Below, one piece after another: positions 1 through 17,954 of a DNA stretch of 64,000 nucleotides (positions are counted from its first letter, which is position 1; each line of letters begins with the position of its first letter). The stretch lies in NCBI RefSeq assembly GCF_009914755.1, contig NC_060936.1, one strand, 5' to 3'. Both the position numbers and the translations under genes were made by a program. Origin of the DNA: the human T2T-CHM13v2.0 reference genome, Homo sapiens. The notes beneath the pieces were generated by a model, which was not told where the DNA came from, made no database searches, and saw nothing but the letters and a program-made list of their open reading frames with translations.

Positions 1-1445
<1,445 letters not shown>

Positions 1446-1446
1446 A

Positions 1447-1722
1447 GCTACTACCTTGTCAATGAGACTTTCCCTAGCCACCTATCCAAAATCCCAAACT
1501 CTCCACCTAAATCTTCATTCCCCAATTCTGTTTTTTGTTGTTGTTGTTCTTCCTCACCACTTAACACTGGCTCATATATTTTCTGTCACCCCTCAACCAG
1601 AATGTCATTGTCCACCAGGACAAGGGTTTTGTCTGTTTTGTTTATTGCTCTGTCCCCATTCTGGATCAGCACCTGCACATACAAAGTGCTCAATAAACAC
1701 CTGTGGAATAACTGAACAAATG
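1447..1722 (+). mobile_element. L2 3' end, right part
   Basis: Ends cacctgcacatacaaagtgctcaataaacacctgtggaataactgaa, a typical L2 terminus. Confidence 0.75.
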
Positions 1723-1859
1723 ATGGTGGTGTGTAATTAGTACTACTCTTAGTCCTGTCTTACTAAAGAGGAAACTGAGGCTCAGAGGGAGGATGAGGAC
1801 ATGTATGGTCATAAGTCTTAACACACCAAATGCAAGTATTTTATCCCTCAAAGCCATCA

Positions 1860-2153
<294 letters not shown>

Positions 2154-2184
2154 TCAACTGTAGTCTTAGTTGTTGCTTGAATTC

Positions 2185-2515
2185 TTTTGATTCACTCGTA
2201 TAATAAATATTGGTTGAGTTTTTACAATGAGTTTGGCTCTCTAGGAGGTTTAGGTGACAACTCAGTTCCTGCCCTCAGAAGTTTAATTTGGTGGATGAAT
2301 AAGACTAGAAAAATGAGTGACAATTCTGAGGCTATTCAGGGTCAAGTGAGCAGCATTAACAAGGCATAGGGGCTAGGAAGGCTCCCTGGAGGAGGTGGCA
2401 TTTAAGGTGCAACCTTACTATGCACAAAGCAAAGTGTACTCTAGGAAGAAATTGATGTGCAGAGTCCTGGAGGCTAGGAAGAGAGAGGAATTAAGTACAT
2501 ACAGGCCTGGACTAG
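2185..2515 (-). mobile_element. L2 3' fragment
   Basis: Antisense L2 terminus; cctgccctcagaagttta; ggaaggctccctggaggaggtggcattt. Confidence 0.65.
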
Positions 2516-2865
2516 AGAAGGAAACTGATTGCATTTACCAAAAGGTCCTTTCCTCTACGATCCTTCTGTGTGTTGCCTGCTTGAAAAACCCAACCATTCC
2601 CAGCCACCATTAATAGGGAGAGCTGGGACACTTTGCTAGCGCTTAAACTGTCCCTGACACTTCCAAATGCTGGGGGCTCCTTCTGCTTTAATCCATGGAA
2701 TTAGCTTCTGGCCTCACTGGCACCGTCCCCTGAATTGCTGGAGGGCAGAGGTCAAGGCATTAAGCAGGGTAGATTAATACCCGGCCATAAATCCCAGAAG
2801 CTGCATTTAAGCGGCAGTCATATTTCACACGGGATCACCCCAGCCATTGATCGGCCCATCTTTTG

Positions 2866-2867
<2 letters not shown>

Positions 2868-2899
<32 letters not shown>
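2868..2899. repeat. (GT)16 microsatellite
   Basis: Direct reading. Confidence 0.98.
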
Positions 2900-2902
<3 letters not shown>

Positions 2903-3186
2903 CCGGGCCATGTTTACGAGCCTTGCTGAGCCCTCCTGGGCAGCGCCCCCCACATGTCGCCCTTTGATCAGGGAAATCCAATACCTGAGGTCTGGGCTTT
3001 ATGGGCACGTAAGTCTAGATTAAGAGAATTAACCACAGTGGATCACAACTAATAAAATGGTGCCTGGGCCCCACCACAGCGTGGCCCTGGTGGACAGGTA
3101 GAGGGCGGAAGGGATGGGGGAGAATGGCTACCCAGCATCCCGCCCAGGGCCACCACTCCCCTGTCCAGCCCACAGCTGCGCTTGGC

Positions 3187-3190
<4 letters not shown>

Positions 3191-3235
<45 letters not shown>
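3191..3235. repeat. (GT)22 microsatellite
   Basis: Direct reading. Confidence 0.98.
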
Positions 3236-3242
<7 letters not shown>

Positions 3243-3420
3243 GCTTTAATCTAAATTCTCTTGTACATTTCTTTTTCCTGTTCTACATTCTTTCTTTTAT
3301 GTGACAACACAGATTCAACATTTCCTCAAAAAAGAGGGACTCCTAGGCAACCTGTTTGTTTCTTTCTGCATTCAGTCATTCATTCATCAAATATTTACAA
3401 TGAACAGATGAAGTAGACAG

Positions 3421-3893
3421 TGTTGTGAGTTAAATATTATCCCCTGAAAAGATATGTTCAAGTCCTAACCCTCAGCACTTATGAATGTGAAATTATTTGG
3501 AAATAGTGTCTTTGCAGATATAATCCAGTTAATATAAAGTCATATTGGATTAGGGTGGGCTCTAAGTCCAGTGATTGTTGTCCTTAAAAGAAGACAGAGA
3601 AAGGCACACAGGGCAGGGACCATGGGAAAACAGAGGCAGAGAGTGGAGTGATGCTGTTGCAAGCAAAAAAAAAAAAAAAAAAAAAACACAAACACCAAGA
3701 ACTTCCCAAGAAGCTGAGGATGAGGACGAGGCATGGAACAAATTTTCCCTCTGAGCTCCACAAAACAAACTAATGCTGTTGACATCTTGGTTTTGGACTT
3801 CTGGCTTCCTGAACTGTAAGAGAATAAATTTATGTGGTTTTAAGCTACCCAGTTTTTGATATTTAATTACTGCAGCTCTGGGAAACTAATACA
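3421..3893 (+). mobile_element. MaLR solo LTR (MLT1C/B-like) inserted in an L2
   Basis: TG...CA ends; aaagatatgttcaagtcctaacc, tttggaaatagtgtctttgcagat, aataaa, ggaaactaataca. Confidence 0.88.
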
Positions 3894-4283
3894 GGCACTG
3901 CAGATGCAACCGAGAGCAAATCAGACTCTGCTTCAACCTTCAGGAGACTCCAGTCTTCCTGGAAGACAGACAGGGATGAGGCAGGTATAATTCAAAGTGA
4001 TGAGTTCTGGAAAAGACAGAGCTCAGGGCCATCTGGAGGGCACAGGAGGACGACCTAGCATGGAGGTATCATGGAAGGCTTCCAGGAGGAAGTGAGATTT
4101 ATGCTGAAGCCTAAAGATGATTGGAGTTGGCTAGGCAAAGGATGGGAGGGAACAGTGCTCAAGGCAGAGGGACTAGCCAAGGAGAGGGTTAAGAGGAGAG
4201 AGAGAAAATGCAGCCTTTGAGGAGATTAGAGAAACTCTAGCTGCTAGGAGTGGAAAAGAGGGATGAAGCTAAGAGAGATTTTC

Positions 4284-4944
<661 letters not shown>

Positions 4945-5604
4945 GTGAGGGTGGGTGGGTGCCCAGCTGGGGAGGACCCTGTAAGGAGTCCTCAGGGCTA
5001 AGGAGCTTGGGTTTATCCTACGAGTAGAGAGAAGCCACCAAGGAGGTGAGCGATGTAGCCGGGGCTGTGGTTAGAGGTTATTCTGACAGTGGTATTGTGT
5101 TAATTGCAACACTGCTAAGTGAGGCTGGGGTGCCTGAGGGTGAAGTAAACACCATGTAGGATTCTGCCCATTAAGGGCTCAGGGCTTCAAAGCCCCATTC
5201 CTATCATCCTTCACTCCTAAAATGTGGAAAGTTCTGTAAAAGGACTTCCTGTGCTCCCAAGCTGTGCATATGGCCTATGAGTTATCTCCCAGGCAGCACA
5301 GCCACCCAGGCGGAATGATGTCATCTCCACCACCGAGCCCGCGTGCCCGGCGCTGAGTTGGTGTTCAGCAAACACTCCTTGAGTAAATACTCTGTATGTG
5401 AGTCCGATGGGAGCATCTTTAGTTAGGACTTACTGGGACGTGATCCAGTTTGGTGATCTGCCCTCAAGCTGGACCAAGGGTGTCTGCAGCTCCACTAAGG
5501 CTATTGCCGAGTGTTTGCCAAATTTGCCTGCCTGGTACAAGTACTGGACCTGCATCAAAGTTCAGTCGCTGCTTCTTAGAACATATTGTAGTCTTGCACA
5601 CTGG

Positions 5605-6005
<401 letters not shown>

Positions 6006-6079
6006 TAATAGCAGAGCTGAGACTGGTATGGAGTAATGCAAAGTAAAGTCATGGCCGGAATAGGGCAAGGGCACAAGAG

Positions 6080-6285
6080 CAAGCATTTATTGAGCACCTA
6101 CTGTATGCACAGTATATCAAAGTGCTTTGCAGATGCCTTCCTTGTCTAATCCACCCAACAGGCCTGCAATGCAGGTGTTCTCATCATGCCCAATTTACAG
6201 AAAAGCAGGGTGGCTGCAAGGAGGCGACATGCTGAAGGTCCCACAGCTTGTGAGCAGTAGAGCTGTGCTGAAAGTTCAGGCTCTT
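6080..6285 (-). mobile_element. MIR SINE
   Basis: atttattgagcacctactgt...cccaatttacag...aaggtcccacagct. Confidence 0.75.
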
Positions 6286-6740
6286 CTTTCTCCCTTCTGA
6301 GTTTCAAACCCGAGGGCAGGCAAGGGAGGATCAAGGAGAAGAGATAAATCAGGCAGAGGTTTGGCCTCCATTTACTTTGGGAGGCTAGTGGAGGGAAGGG
6401 CGCCTTCACTCCCACATATCACTGGGACATGAGCACCATCCCGCTGTCTACCCTGGCAGGGGTACAGGCTCCACACTCAGTGGGAAAACAAATCCCAGCC
6501 ATTGATTCATACATATTCAGTCCTCTTTAAGGGATAGCCATGTCTGGGTTGGCAAAGCAGGAAACAGATCGACTCTTGAAGCTGAGTCTAATGCTTTAGA
6601 CAATGACCCCACATTCAAGTGTGATCTACTGACAAAGGTCCTCCCTATACATGGTGAGCCCTTCCCCTTCCCCCTTCTCTCTTCCCACTGCACACACCGT
6701 GACTGCAGGCTTTATTCAAACAATAAGAAAATTAAAGAGG

Positions 6741-7526
<786 letters not shown>

Positions 7527-7610
7527 AGAGGGGAGGCTGGGATAGACATGGAGCCTATGAGTGATGAGTGTGGGCAAAAATGCATGTTGTCGGCCTAGAT
7601 TTGGGCACGG

Positions 7611-7785
7611 TTCATTCATTCATTCATCCATTTACCCACCCTCATCAATAATGTCCCGTGTGCCCCCAGCATCATGCTGGGGATAATAATGGTGAACAGA
7701 GGACCTTGTGACATTTACATTCTATCCAGGGAATGGTCGTTGAACAAATAATTGGATAACTAACAATGCAATTATTAGTTGATTG
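7611..7785 (-). mobile_element. L2 3' fragment
   Basis: (ttca)n terminus followed by antisense L2-like sequence. Confidence 0.55.
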
Positions 7786-7904
7786 TGTACTAAGTCCATA
7801 AACTGGGAAAATGTCGTCAAAAATACTGCACTAATCAGTCTGCAACAATGATGCCCATTCATGGGGCTGAGAGTCAATGAGAATACTATCAAGTACGGGA
7901 TGCT

Positions 7905-8495
7905 CACTCATCCATTCAAGCATTTACTGAGCACCTACTGTGTGCCAGGCGAGGTGCTGGGCTCTGGGGATACCTGGATAAACAAGACAGAGTCCCTGGT
8001 CTCATAGAGTTTAAGGTCCAGTGGGGGATACACATCAAACAGATATTCACACGGTTAAGTAACTCATTGTAATGTTGATACATAAAGAAAGGGGACATGA
8101 CCTAAATTGGGAAAAGCCAGGGAGGACTTCTCAGAGGACGTGGTTGGACTGGGATGGAGGAAGAAGGGGACTGTACCTCAGCATGCACCTGGTGAGTCCA
8201 CAGAGGGCCAATCACACAAGGCTCTGAAGATTAAAGGAAGGTTTTGGGGCTTTCTTCTCTGAGCAATGGGGATGCACAGAAAGGTTTCAAGCAAGAGGAC
8301 ACGATCAGATGTTCACCCTAAAACGATTGCTTTTCTGCTGGATTGGGAAAAGATGGGCAGGGAGGCCAGCGTGGAGAACAGGAGATGAACAGGAGGCTAT
8401 TGCCCTGGCCCAGGCAGCAGCACTTGGGGCTGGCTGGTGTGAGCAGTGCAAGGGAAGAAGGATGGTTCCAGGATGGGTCGCAAGACTCTGGCTTG
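7905..8495 (-). mobile_element. L2 3' fragment
   Basis: catttactgagcacctactgtgtgccaggc...aacaagacagagtccctggtctcatagag. Confidence 0.8.
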
Positions 8496-8500
8496 GGCAA

Positions 8501-8959
8501 TGTCATGGATTGAATTCTGTTCCTCAAAAAGATATGTCCAAATTCTAACATCCAAGACCTCTGATTTTGACTTTATTTGGAGAAAAGGTCTTTGCTGATG
8601 TAATTGGTCAAGCTAGAATGAAGTCATGATGGGTTAAGGTGAACCCTCACCCAATGACTGTGTTCTTTTAGAAGAGGAGAGGACACAGCGACACACACAG
8701 TGGAGAAGAAGTCTACGTGAAGATGAAGGCAGAGATTAGAGGGATGCAATCACAAGTGGAGGGACGCCAAGCATTGCCGGGAGCCACAGAAGCTGCGAGA
8801 GGCAAGGAGGCATTCCTCCCTAGGGTTTTTGGTGGGGGCACGCCCTGACAACACCTTCATTTTAAACTTCCAGCCTCCAAAACTGTGAGGGTACATTTCT
8901 ATTGTTTTAAACCACCTAGTTTGTAGTGATGTGTTACAGCAGCCCAGGTTACCAAGACG
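8501..8959 (+). mobile_element. MaLR solo LTR (MLT1C-like)
   Basis: tgtcatggattgaatt...aaagatatgtccaa...cagcctccaaaactgtgag; TSD ggcaa (8496-8500 and 8960-8964). Confidence 0.9.
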
Positions 8960-8984
8960 GGCAATGACAGCTGTCACCCACCTG

Positions 8985-9650
8985 CCCTGTCAAAGCCACC
9001 TCTCCCTGCACTGTTGCAGAAGCCTCCTGCATGGCCTCCCTGTGTCCAGCCTGGTCCCTCCACCATCTATTCTCCACCCAAAGCCAGTGGCATCCCGTGA
9101 AACCCGAGATCCCATTCCTCCTCTGCTCAACCTTCCATTTGTTCCCCATCTTTCTCAGGATCAAGGCCCAAGTTCTACCATGACATACAAGGCCCTCCAT
9201 AAACTCTCTGGCTTCTTTTCCCTATGTTTTCCCTCCCCGAGTGATGCCTTGGGGTCTTTGCACTGGCCACTTCTACTCCCTGGAACCACCTCCCCAGGTA
9301 TCCTCATGGCTCACTCCCTTCTTCCCACAAGGCCTCAAGTGTCTCTTTATCCAAGACACTTTCCCTGGCCTCCCACCATAAATCAGCAATGCCCATCCCC
9401 ACAAATGGGTGTGACAGGCAGAATAACCACCCTCCAAAGATGTCCACAACTCAATCCTACTTTATCTTTCTCCATAACTCTCATTTCCACGGAGCATGCT
9501 ACCTGTTTACTTGTTCACTTAGTCACTGCCTGTCTCCCTCATTGTCCTATATATCCATTAGAGCAGGGACCACTGGCTTTGTTTGCCACTGCATTCTCAG
9601 CACCTGGAACAGGGCCTGGCACATAAGTATTTGTAAAATACATAAATAGC
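8985..9650 (+). mobile_element. L2 3' region
   Basis: ctcctctgctcaacc...ccatgacatacaaggccct...cacctggaacagggcctggcacataagtatttgt. Confidence 0.8.
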
Positions 9651-9788
9651 TTATTTACTGAGATGGGGAGCACTGAAAGAGGATCTTTTGGCAGGGGGAC
9701 TAGTATGAGTTCATTTCAGTTAAATGCCACCATTGACTGAGGCACCAGTTAAGTGCATTCTCATTTTTGGTAATAAAATCCAACTTTT

Positions 9789-10090
9789 GGCCAGGTGCAG
9801 TGGCTCACACCTATAATTCCAGCACTTTAGGAAGCCGAGGTGGGCAGATCGCCTGAGCCCGGGAGTTTGAGACTAGCCTGGGCATCATGGCAAAACCCCA
9901 TCTCTACAAGTACATACAAAAAATTCGCTGGCCATGGTGGTGCATGCCTGTAGTCTCAGCTACTTGGGAGGCTGAGGTGGGAGGATTTCTTGGGCCCGGG
10001 AGGGCAAGTGTGCAGTGAATTGTAATCATGCCACTGCACTCCAACCTGCGCAGAGTGAGACCCTGTCTCAAAAAAAAAAAAATAAAAAAT
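9789..10090 (+). mobile_element. AluJ followed by extra sequence before its TSD
   Basis: Full dimer; ataaaatccaact at 9773-9785 and 10138-10150. Confidence 0.93.
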
Positions 10091-10137
10091 ATAGGTATGA
10101 GCTGAGAGGAGAAAACATTTTTAATAATAAATAAAAT

Positions 10138-10415
10138 ATAAAATCCAACTCACTGAGGCTACAAGGCCTGCTATGTGTGGCTATGGCTACTTTTTGGTCA
10201 TCTCCAGCCATGTTCCTCTTCATTCATTTTTCTTGATACAATATGCCCCTTCCCTGTTCTCCAGCAGGCTAACTATATGCTGCCTCAGGGCCTTTGCACT
10301 TGCCATTCCTTCCACCTGGCATTCTCCCAGCTCTTTGGATGGCTAAGTCTCTGTGATCACTCAGTCTCTGCTCCATGCTGCTTCTCAGATTGGCCCTATC
10401 TGATACTCTCCACCA

Positions 10416-10464
<49 letters not shown>

Positions 10465-10672
10465 CTTCTCACATCATCCTGTTTGTTATCTTTACACAAT
10501 CTCCCTTTATCACAATCTGCACTTGTCCTGCTTGTACATCTGCTGCCACTTGTCTGTCTCTTACCTCTGGCCCAATTAGTTCCTTTAAGGCAGAATCTTG
10601 TCTCTCTTATTCCCCATTAAATCCCCAGCACCTGAAACAGAGTCTGCCTGGAGCCAATGTTTAACAAATACA
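10138..10672 (+). mobile_element. L2 3' region containing (AC)21 at 10418-10460
   Basis: tgcctcagggcctttgcacttgcc...atccccagcacctgaaacagagtctg. Confidence 0.75.
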
Positions 10673-10744
10673 GAAATATTGGTGTTTGAGGAATTACCTG
10701 AGAACATCATGTATTTTTTTCCTATTGCACATCACCCAAACCCA

Positions 10745-11255
<511 letters not shown>

Positions 11256-11534
11256 TTAGGGTTCAGTTACCGATTTGTAAGCTTGTCAGTCTGTTAGTAA
11301 AGTTGTAGAAGATCCTGAATTTCAACCTTACAGGATAACTTTTCTTAATAACCTGAAGAAGGCCTGTACGACATGGCCTGCTTTTCAATACACAAACCTA
11401 ACTTGCTTTAGGTCAGGTCAATATAGGCACATGCCATTTGCACACAAGGGAAGAGAAGAAGAATGATTATTTTCTTCTCAAAGCAAATATCCTATACAAA
11501 ATAAGAGCTGTCAGTTCTCTATGTTCTTTCCAGA

Positions 11535-11875
11535 CTCTGACCTTTTGCTCACTGTTCTTCCCTCTAATTGGAATGCTGTTTCCCCTCCTCATGGCCAAAC
11601 TCCTGCTTATTCCTCTAAGCTCAGCTTACCAGTCACTTCCTGGGGAGAGACATTCCTGAGCCTCTTGACCTGGTTCATTTTGTCGATACCTTCGCCCCCA
11701 GCATTCATTCTTCCTATAGCCCTCAGCTCACTGATAACGGCTGTTCAATGTCTGCCTCTCCTGCAGGATCACATGCTCCAGGGAAGCAGACGCCTTGTCC
11801 ATCTTACTCTCTCTCATATCCCAAGAACCAGCTCCATGCCAGGAACACAGTAGCTGCTCAGTCATCACCTGGGAA
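11535..11875 (+). mobile_element. L2 3' fragment
   Basis: ccttttgctcactgttcttccctctaattggaatgc...ccaggaacacagtagctgctca. Confidence 0.65.
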
Positions 11876-11878
11876 TAA

Positions 11879-12355
<477 letters not shown>

Positions 12356-12397
12356 TAAACTCTTATTACATCTTCTCTGGAGTACTACAATGGCCCC

Positions 12398-12775
12398 TGG
12401 GGACTGCTAATTTTATATGTCAACTTGGCTAAGCTGCAGTACCCAGATATTTGGTCTCATACCAGATCAGATGTTGCTGTGAAAGTATTTTCTTAGATGA
12501 GATTAACATTTACATTAGTAGACTTACAGTAAAGCAGATTGACCTCTATAATATGGGTGGGCCTTGTCCAATCAGTTGAAGGAATTAAGAGAAAAAAACA
12601 CTGAAGTTCCCAGAGGAAGAGGGAAATCTGCCTGCAGACTGCATTCAGTCTCAAGCTGCAACATCAACTCCTCTCAGCCTCTAGCCTGCCTACCTTGCAG
12701 ATTTTCAACTTGCCATCTTCCATAATTGCATAAGCCAATTTCTTAAAACAAATATCAGTTTCTCGCTCTCTCTGG

Positions 12776-12810
<35 letters not shown>

Positions 12811-13007
12811 TATATACACATATATATACACAACTCACATATATGTGTGTGTGTATATATATATATATACACAAACTCAAACTATTTTGTATACATATTA
12901 TACAATATATATAAATAACCATACTAGTTATATTTATAACTATGTAAATACACACACACACATGCATGCTATTAGTTCAATTTCTCTGGAGAGCCCAGAG
13001 TGATATA
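12398..13007 (+). mobile_element. ERVL solo LTR (MLT2D-like) with an expanded internal TA/CA/TG tract
   Basis: taattttatatgtcaacttggctaag...gatgagattaacattt...ccaatcagttgaagg...tttctctggagagcccagagtgatata. Confidence 0.85.
12775..12962. repeat. Compound (TA)n/(CA)n/(TG)n microsatellite
   Basis: Direct reading. Confidence 0.9.
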
Positions 13008-13655
13008 GCCTTGCAGCCCCAAATCAATCTCCCAGCCTGAAGCTTTGTTCTTCCTGTCTGTTTTCGCGTCCATATCTTTAGTCATGAAGCATCCTTTGTT
13101 TGGAATTATCTCCTTCCCAGAGACTCTCCTCCATCCCCCACTTTCCAGTCCCCTGGATTGTCCCAACCCCACACACAACTGACCATCCAAGATAAACCAG
13201 GATCAGACTGGAATACAGGTTGATCTGATCTCAAAGTCCACCCCAAAACCCAAAGAGCAGTCAAAACTACTCTTGCTCAATGGTGCGCACACAGCCTGAT
13301 TCAAAGGCAGAGTGTTTAGATAAGTGGGCATTTCTACACTTTTTATTGTGGAAATGTCTAACATATATAAAAGTAGGACAAATAGTGTCATAACCCTCTT
13401 CTACTCATCTCCCAATTTCAAAAATTATCAGCTCATGGCTATTCTTTCATCTACACTCTCTCTTCCTTTAACTCTTGCATTATTTTGAAGCAAATCCTAA
13501 ACCTTGTATCAATTATCAATGTATTTATGAATATTTCAGAATGTATCTCTGAAAGATAAAGACTATTTGTTTTAACATAACCACAATAGCATTATCCCAC
13601 TTGAAAATTTGACAATCACCTCTTTTATTGGTGGCAGCAGTGGGATACAATCATC

Positions 13656-13970
<315 letters not shown>

Positions 13971-14134
13971 TAATATTATCAAATGTCTGGTCCAGTTATC
14001 TTATCAATGTCATTAACGCTTTTCAGGTATTTTGTTTGCTTGTTTGTTTGTTTAAATCAGTATCCAAATAAGGTCCAAAGATTGTGACAGACTGTTGTGT
14101 CTCTTAAGTCTCTATAAAACCATAGGTTCCCCTC

Positions 14135-14582
14135 TGTCTTAGTTTGGGCTCCACCAAAAGCATATCTGCAGACAAGAATTTGGGTGCAAACAGTTGATTT
14201 TGGAAGCAGTCCCAGAAAACATGGTAAGGAAGTAGAGAAAGGACCCAGAGAGAAGGAATATGAGCCAATAAAGTGCACCTTCAGAAACAGTAGCCACTTG
14301 GGGCAGATGGTGTGAAATCCTCGGAGACTTAGGACCTTGCAGACAATGTCCAGCATGGGAATTGGAGCCTCTATTTACCAACTCCCATCCCGCCTTGGCA
14401 GAAGGTTGCTCCTGGGGCATGAACTCTCAGCACTCACCACCTGTCCTGTGGACAGAGCCAGCACAGTTCAGCAGCCAGAGTGACCCTCAGGCAGACACAC
14501 AGGAAGCCTTGGTGTGTGCAAAAGCAGTGTGCAGCTGACCTCCAGTACCGACTATGGGGAGGCACCGACAGCATCAACTACC
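14135..14582 (-). mobile_element. ERVL LTR (LTR33-like)
   Basis: tgtcttagtttgggctccaccaaaagca...agacaagaatttgggtgcaaacagtt. Confidence 0.7.
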
Positions 14583-14627
14583 ATCTCCATTTTAGATACG
14601 CGTTTTCTTTGTTGAAATAAACAGGTC

Positions 14628-15134
14628 ATATTTTAGTTTCCTATTTCTGCTGCAACAAGTGACCACAAGTTTAACGGCTTAAGCAACGCAAATGTATTAT
14701 CTTACAGCTCTGGAGAGCAGAAATTTGACACAGATGTCAAGGGGCTAAAATCAAGATGTCAGCAGAGCTGTGTTCTTTTCTGGAGGCTACAGAGGAGGAT
14801 CCATTTTCTTGCTTTTCCAACTTCTAGAGGCCACTTAATTCATGGCCCCCTTCCTCCACCTTCAAAGCCAGCAATGCAGTTGAGTCTTTCTCACATGACA
14901 TCACTCTGATATTGACTCTACTACCTCCCTCTTTCATCTACAAGCATCCTTGTGACTATGCCGAACTCATCCAGGTAATCCAAGAGAAATCTCACCCTTC
15001 TCAGGGTCAGCTGATTAGCAATCTTAATTGCACCTACAACTTTAATTCTCCCTTGCCACATAACCTAATATAGTCACAGATTACAGGGATTAGGACGTGG
15101 ACATCTTTGAGGAATCATTATTCTAATCATCAAA
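14628..15134 (-). mobile_element. MaLR solo LTR (MLT1D)
   Basis: ttagtttcctatt...aaaatcaagatgtcagcag...gggattaggacgtggacatctttg. Confidence 0.9.
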
Positions 15135-16449
15135 GACAGTCTGGAATTTGCTAATGCATCCTCGTGGTGCTATTGTTACATGTTCCTCTGTCCTCTGTAG
15201 TTTCTGTACATTGCAGTTGGAATTAGAGACTTAATTGATTCAGGGTCAATTTATTTTTGGCAAGACTGTGTCATAGGTGGTATCGTGAGTGTCCACATTG
15301 TAAAAATTACCTTGCAGGATAAGGCACACTTATGCACACTAAGTAGACTGAGAATTTACAGCTGCTTATAATCAATCCTCCTGTTACAATTCACAAGGTG
15401 TCAAAAAATATTGGACTAGGAGAAATTTTCAAAGCAAGATATATATTCCTTTTATTCTTTATGCAGAAAAAAATCTTTTTTGTTCCCATTTGTAGGCAAA
15501 AAAATCATCATCATCATCAAGAATGAGAAAAGTTTTTGAAAAAAACATTTGCGTGGTTTAGAGGAAAAAGAACTTTCAAAACAAAGCAAGAAACTTGTAT
15601 TCCCAGCATTCTCTAATCAGGAGTTCTAAAAGCACATTCTATCTGAAACTCAATTTTTTCAGCACCAAGGGCTCCCAGGTTTTCTATAAGATGCCCGAAA
15701 CTCATGACCCACTGCAAGAAAGGTACCCAAGTACATACAAAACTGAAACAAAATACAGTTGCATCTCATTTCCTCACCATTTCAGCCACTGGAGAACACC
15801 TAGTCTCCAAATTAGGTCAGAAGGATAACAGTTTGCCAAGGGACATGTGAAGAAGAAATCTTTCCGGCCCAGACATAGTGAGGAAGAATAACCACTCGAC
15901 CCAAGGAATGAACTTAGTTTTGTTTTCTTTTGTTCTTGTCATTCATGTTTTCAATTTTCTAAAATTGCTTACTTCTCTGGGTTTTCAAATGTCAGAGGCA
16001 GAAAGTTTCTCACCTTACAGAATCTCCCAGAACTCTGTCATCAAATTACAGAGTGGCCAACAATGACGTTAACATTTATCTATGTCACACATGAACATCA
16101 TATTTCATAGTAACTGGTCTTAACAAAAAACAGTATGTGCAACTTTAGACCACAGGACATACACTTGGCCAGGAGAGTGGAAAAAGTAGCAAGCAGGAAG
16201 GGAAAAAAAATTATTTTCAAAGAGCTTTTAAAATGGGGAGGAAAAGTCATTGGTGATAAAATATGGCTCTGTGAAATGAAAGCAACATAATTTAAAAGAC
16301 AGTGTGGATTTACCCATACTCATGGATGGAAGAGAAATTAGTGGAAGATGTACTTTGCAAACTCTAACAGAGTAGCTATACAAAGTAACAATAACAACAC
16401 AATAACTATATAAGAACATACAGAACTATATCTACTGAATACATAATTT

Positions 16450-17190
<741 letters not shown>

Positions 17191-17954
17191 GATCTTCTAG
17201 GGAAGATAAAGGAAAAGTGTATTAAATCCCTTCTCAAGTAAAAGCAACATAAAATACACTTTTTAGAACTCTTTCTTCAGCCTACCACATGGGACTTGGA
17301 AAATTTAAATACTGTCCGCTTTTTATTTGAATTCCATTGATGTCAGTTTTGCTTATTTGCACAGATTGGGCTCATTATAATATTTGGTATGACACATTCT
17401 TATCTCTGATCTATGCTTTTAATAATTTTATTAGTCATTTTTTAAATATCATTAGCTTATAGAAACTCATCATCAACAACAAAACCTAGGACCCTGTCAA
17501 CAACTCACATCCAACCCTGTGGTCTCCTAAGCCCATCTTCCTACTCCTCTTACCTCATGTTGCCACCTTCCTGAATCTCAGTCATCAATGCCTTGCTTGC
17601 ATTTTTATTTTCACTCATACCCTAAATATCGAAACTCACTAGGTTAATTTCTGTTGATGAAAAATATTGTCATCATTGTAGTTGCTTGCATTTTTACACT
17701 CTTTTTTACATCTGATGTGTATACGTAAAAGTATGTTTTTATTTTAGTTTTTAACTTAAAAAATGAGTATCTACTTGCATGTAACTTCTTGGAATTTTTT
17801 TTTCCTCTTACCTAATATGACATTCCCAAGCACCTTCATTTGGGTTCTCCCAAAAGCTGACTTAGGACAAGGATTCAAGTGCAAATTGTTTGGGATGGAG
17901 GTAGAGAAATGAGACAGGGAAGGAAAGACAGTCAACAAAAGCACAGCATATGAG

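Noticed and set aside
8931-9626. Longest ORF (231 aa, + strand)
   Set aside because: It lies almost entirely within a decayed L2 3' region plus an LTR end. The P/L/S-rich translation has no recognisable domain, and there is no splice or promoter context.
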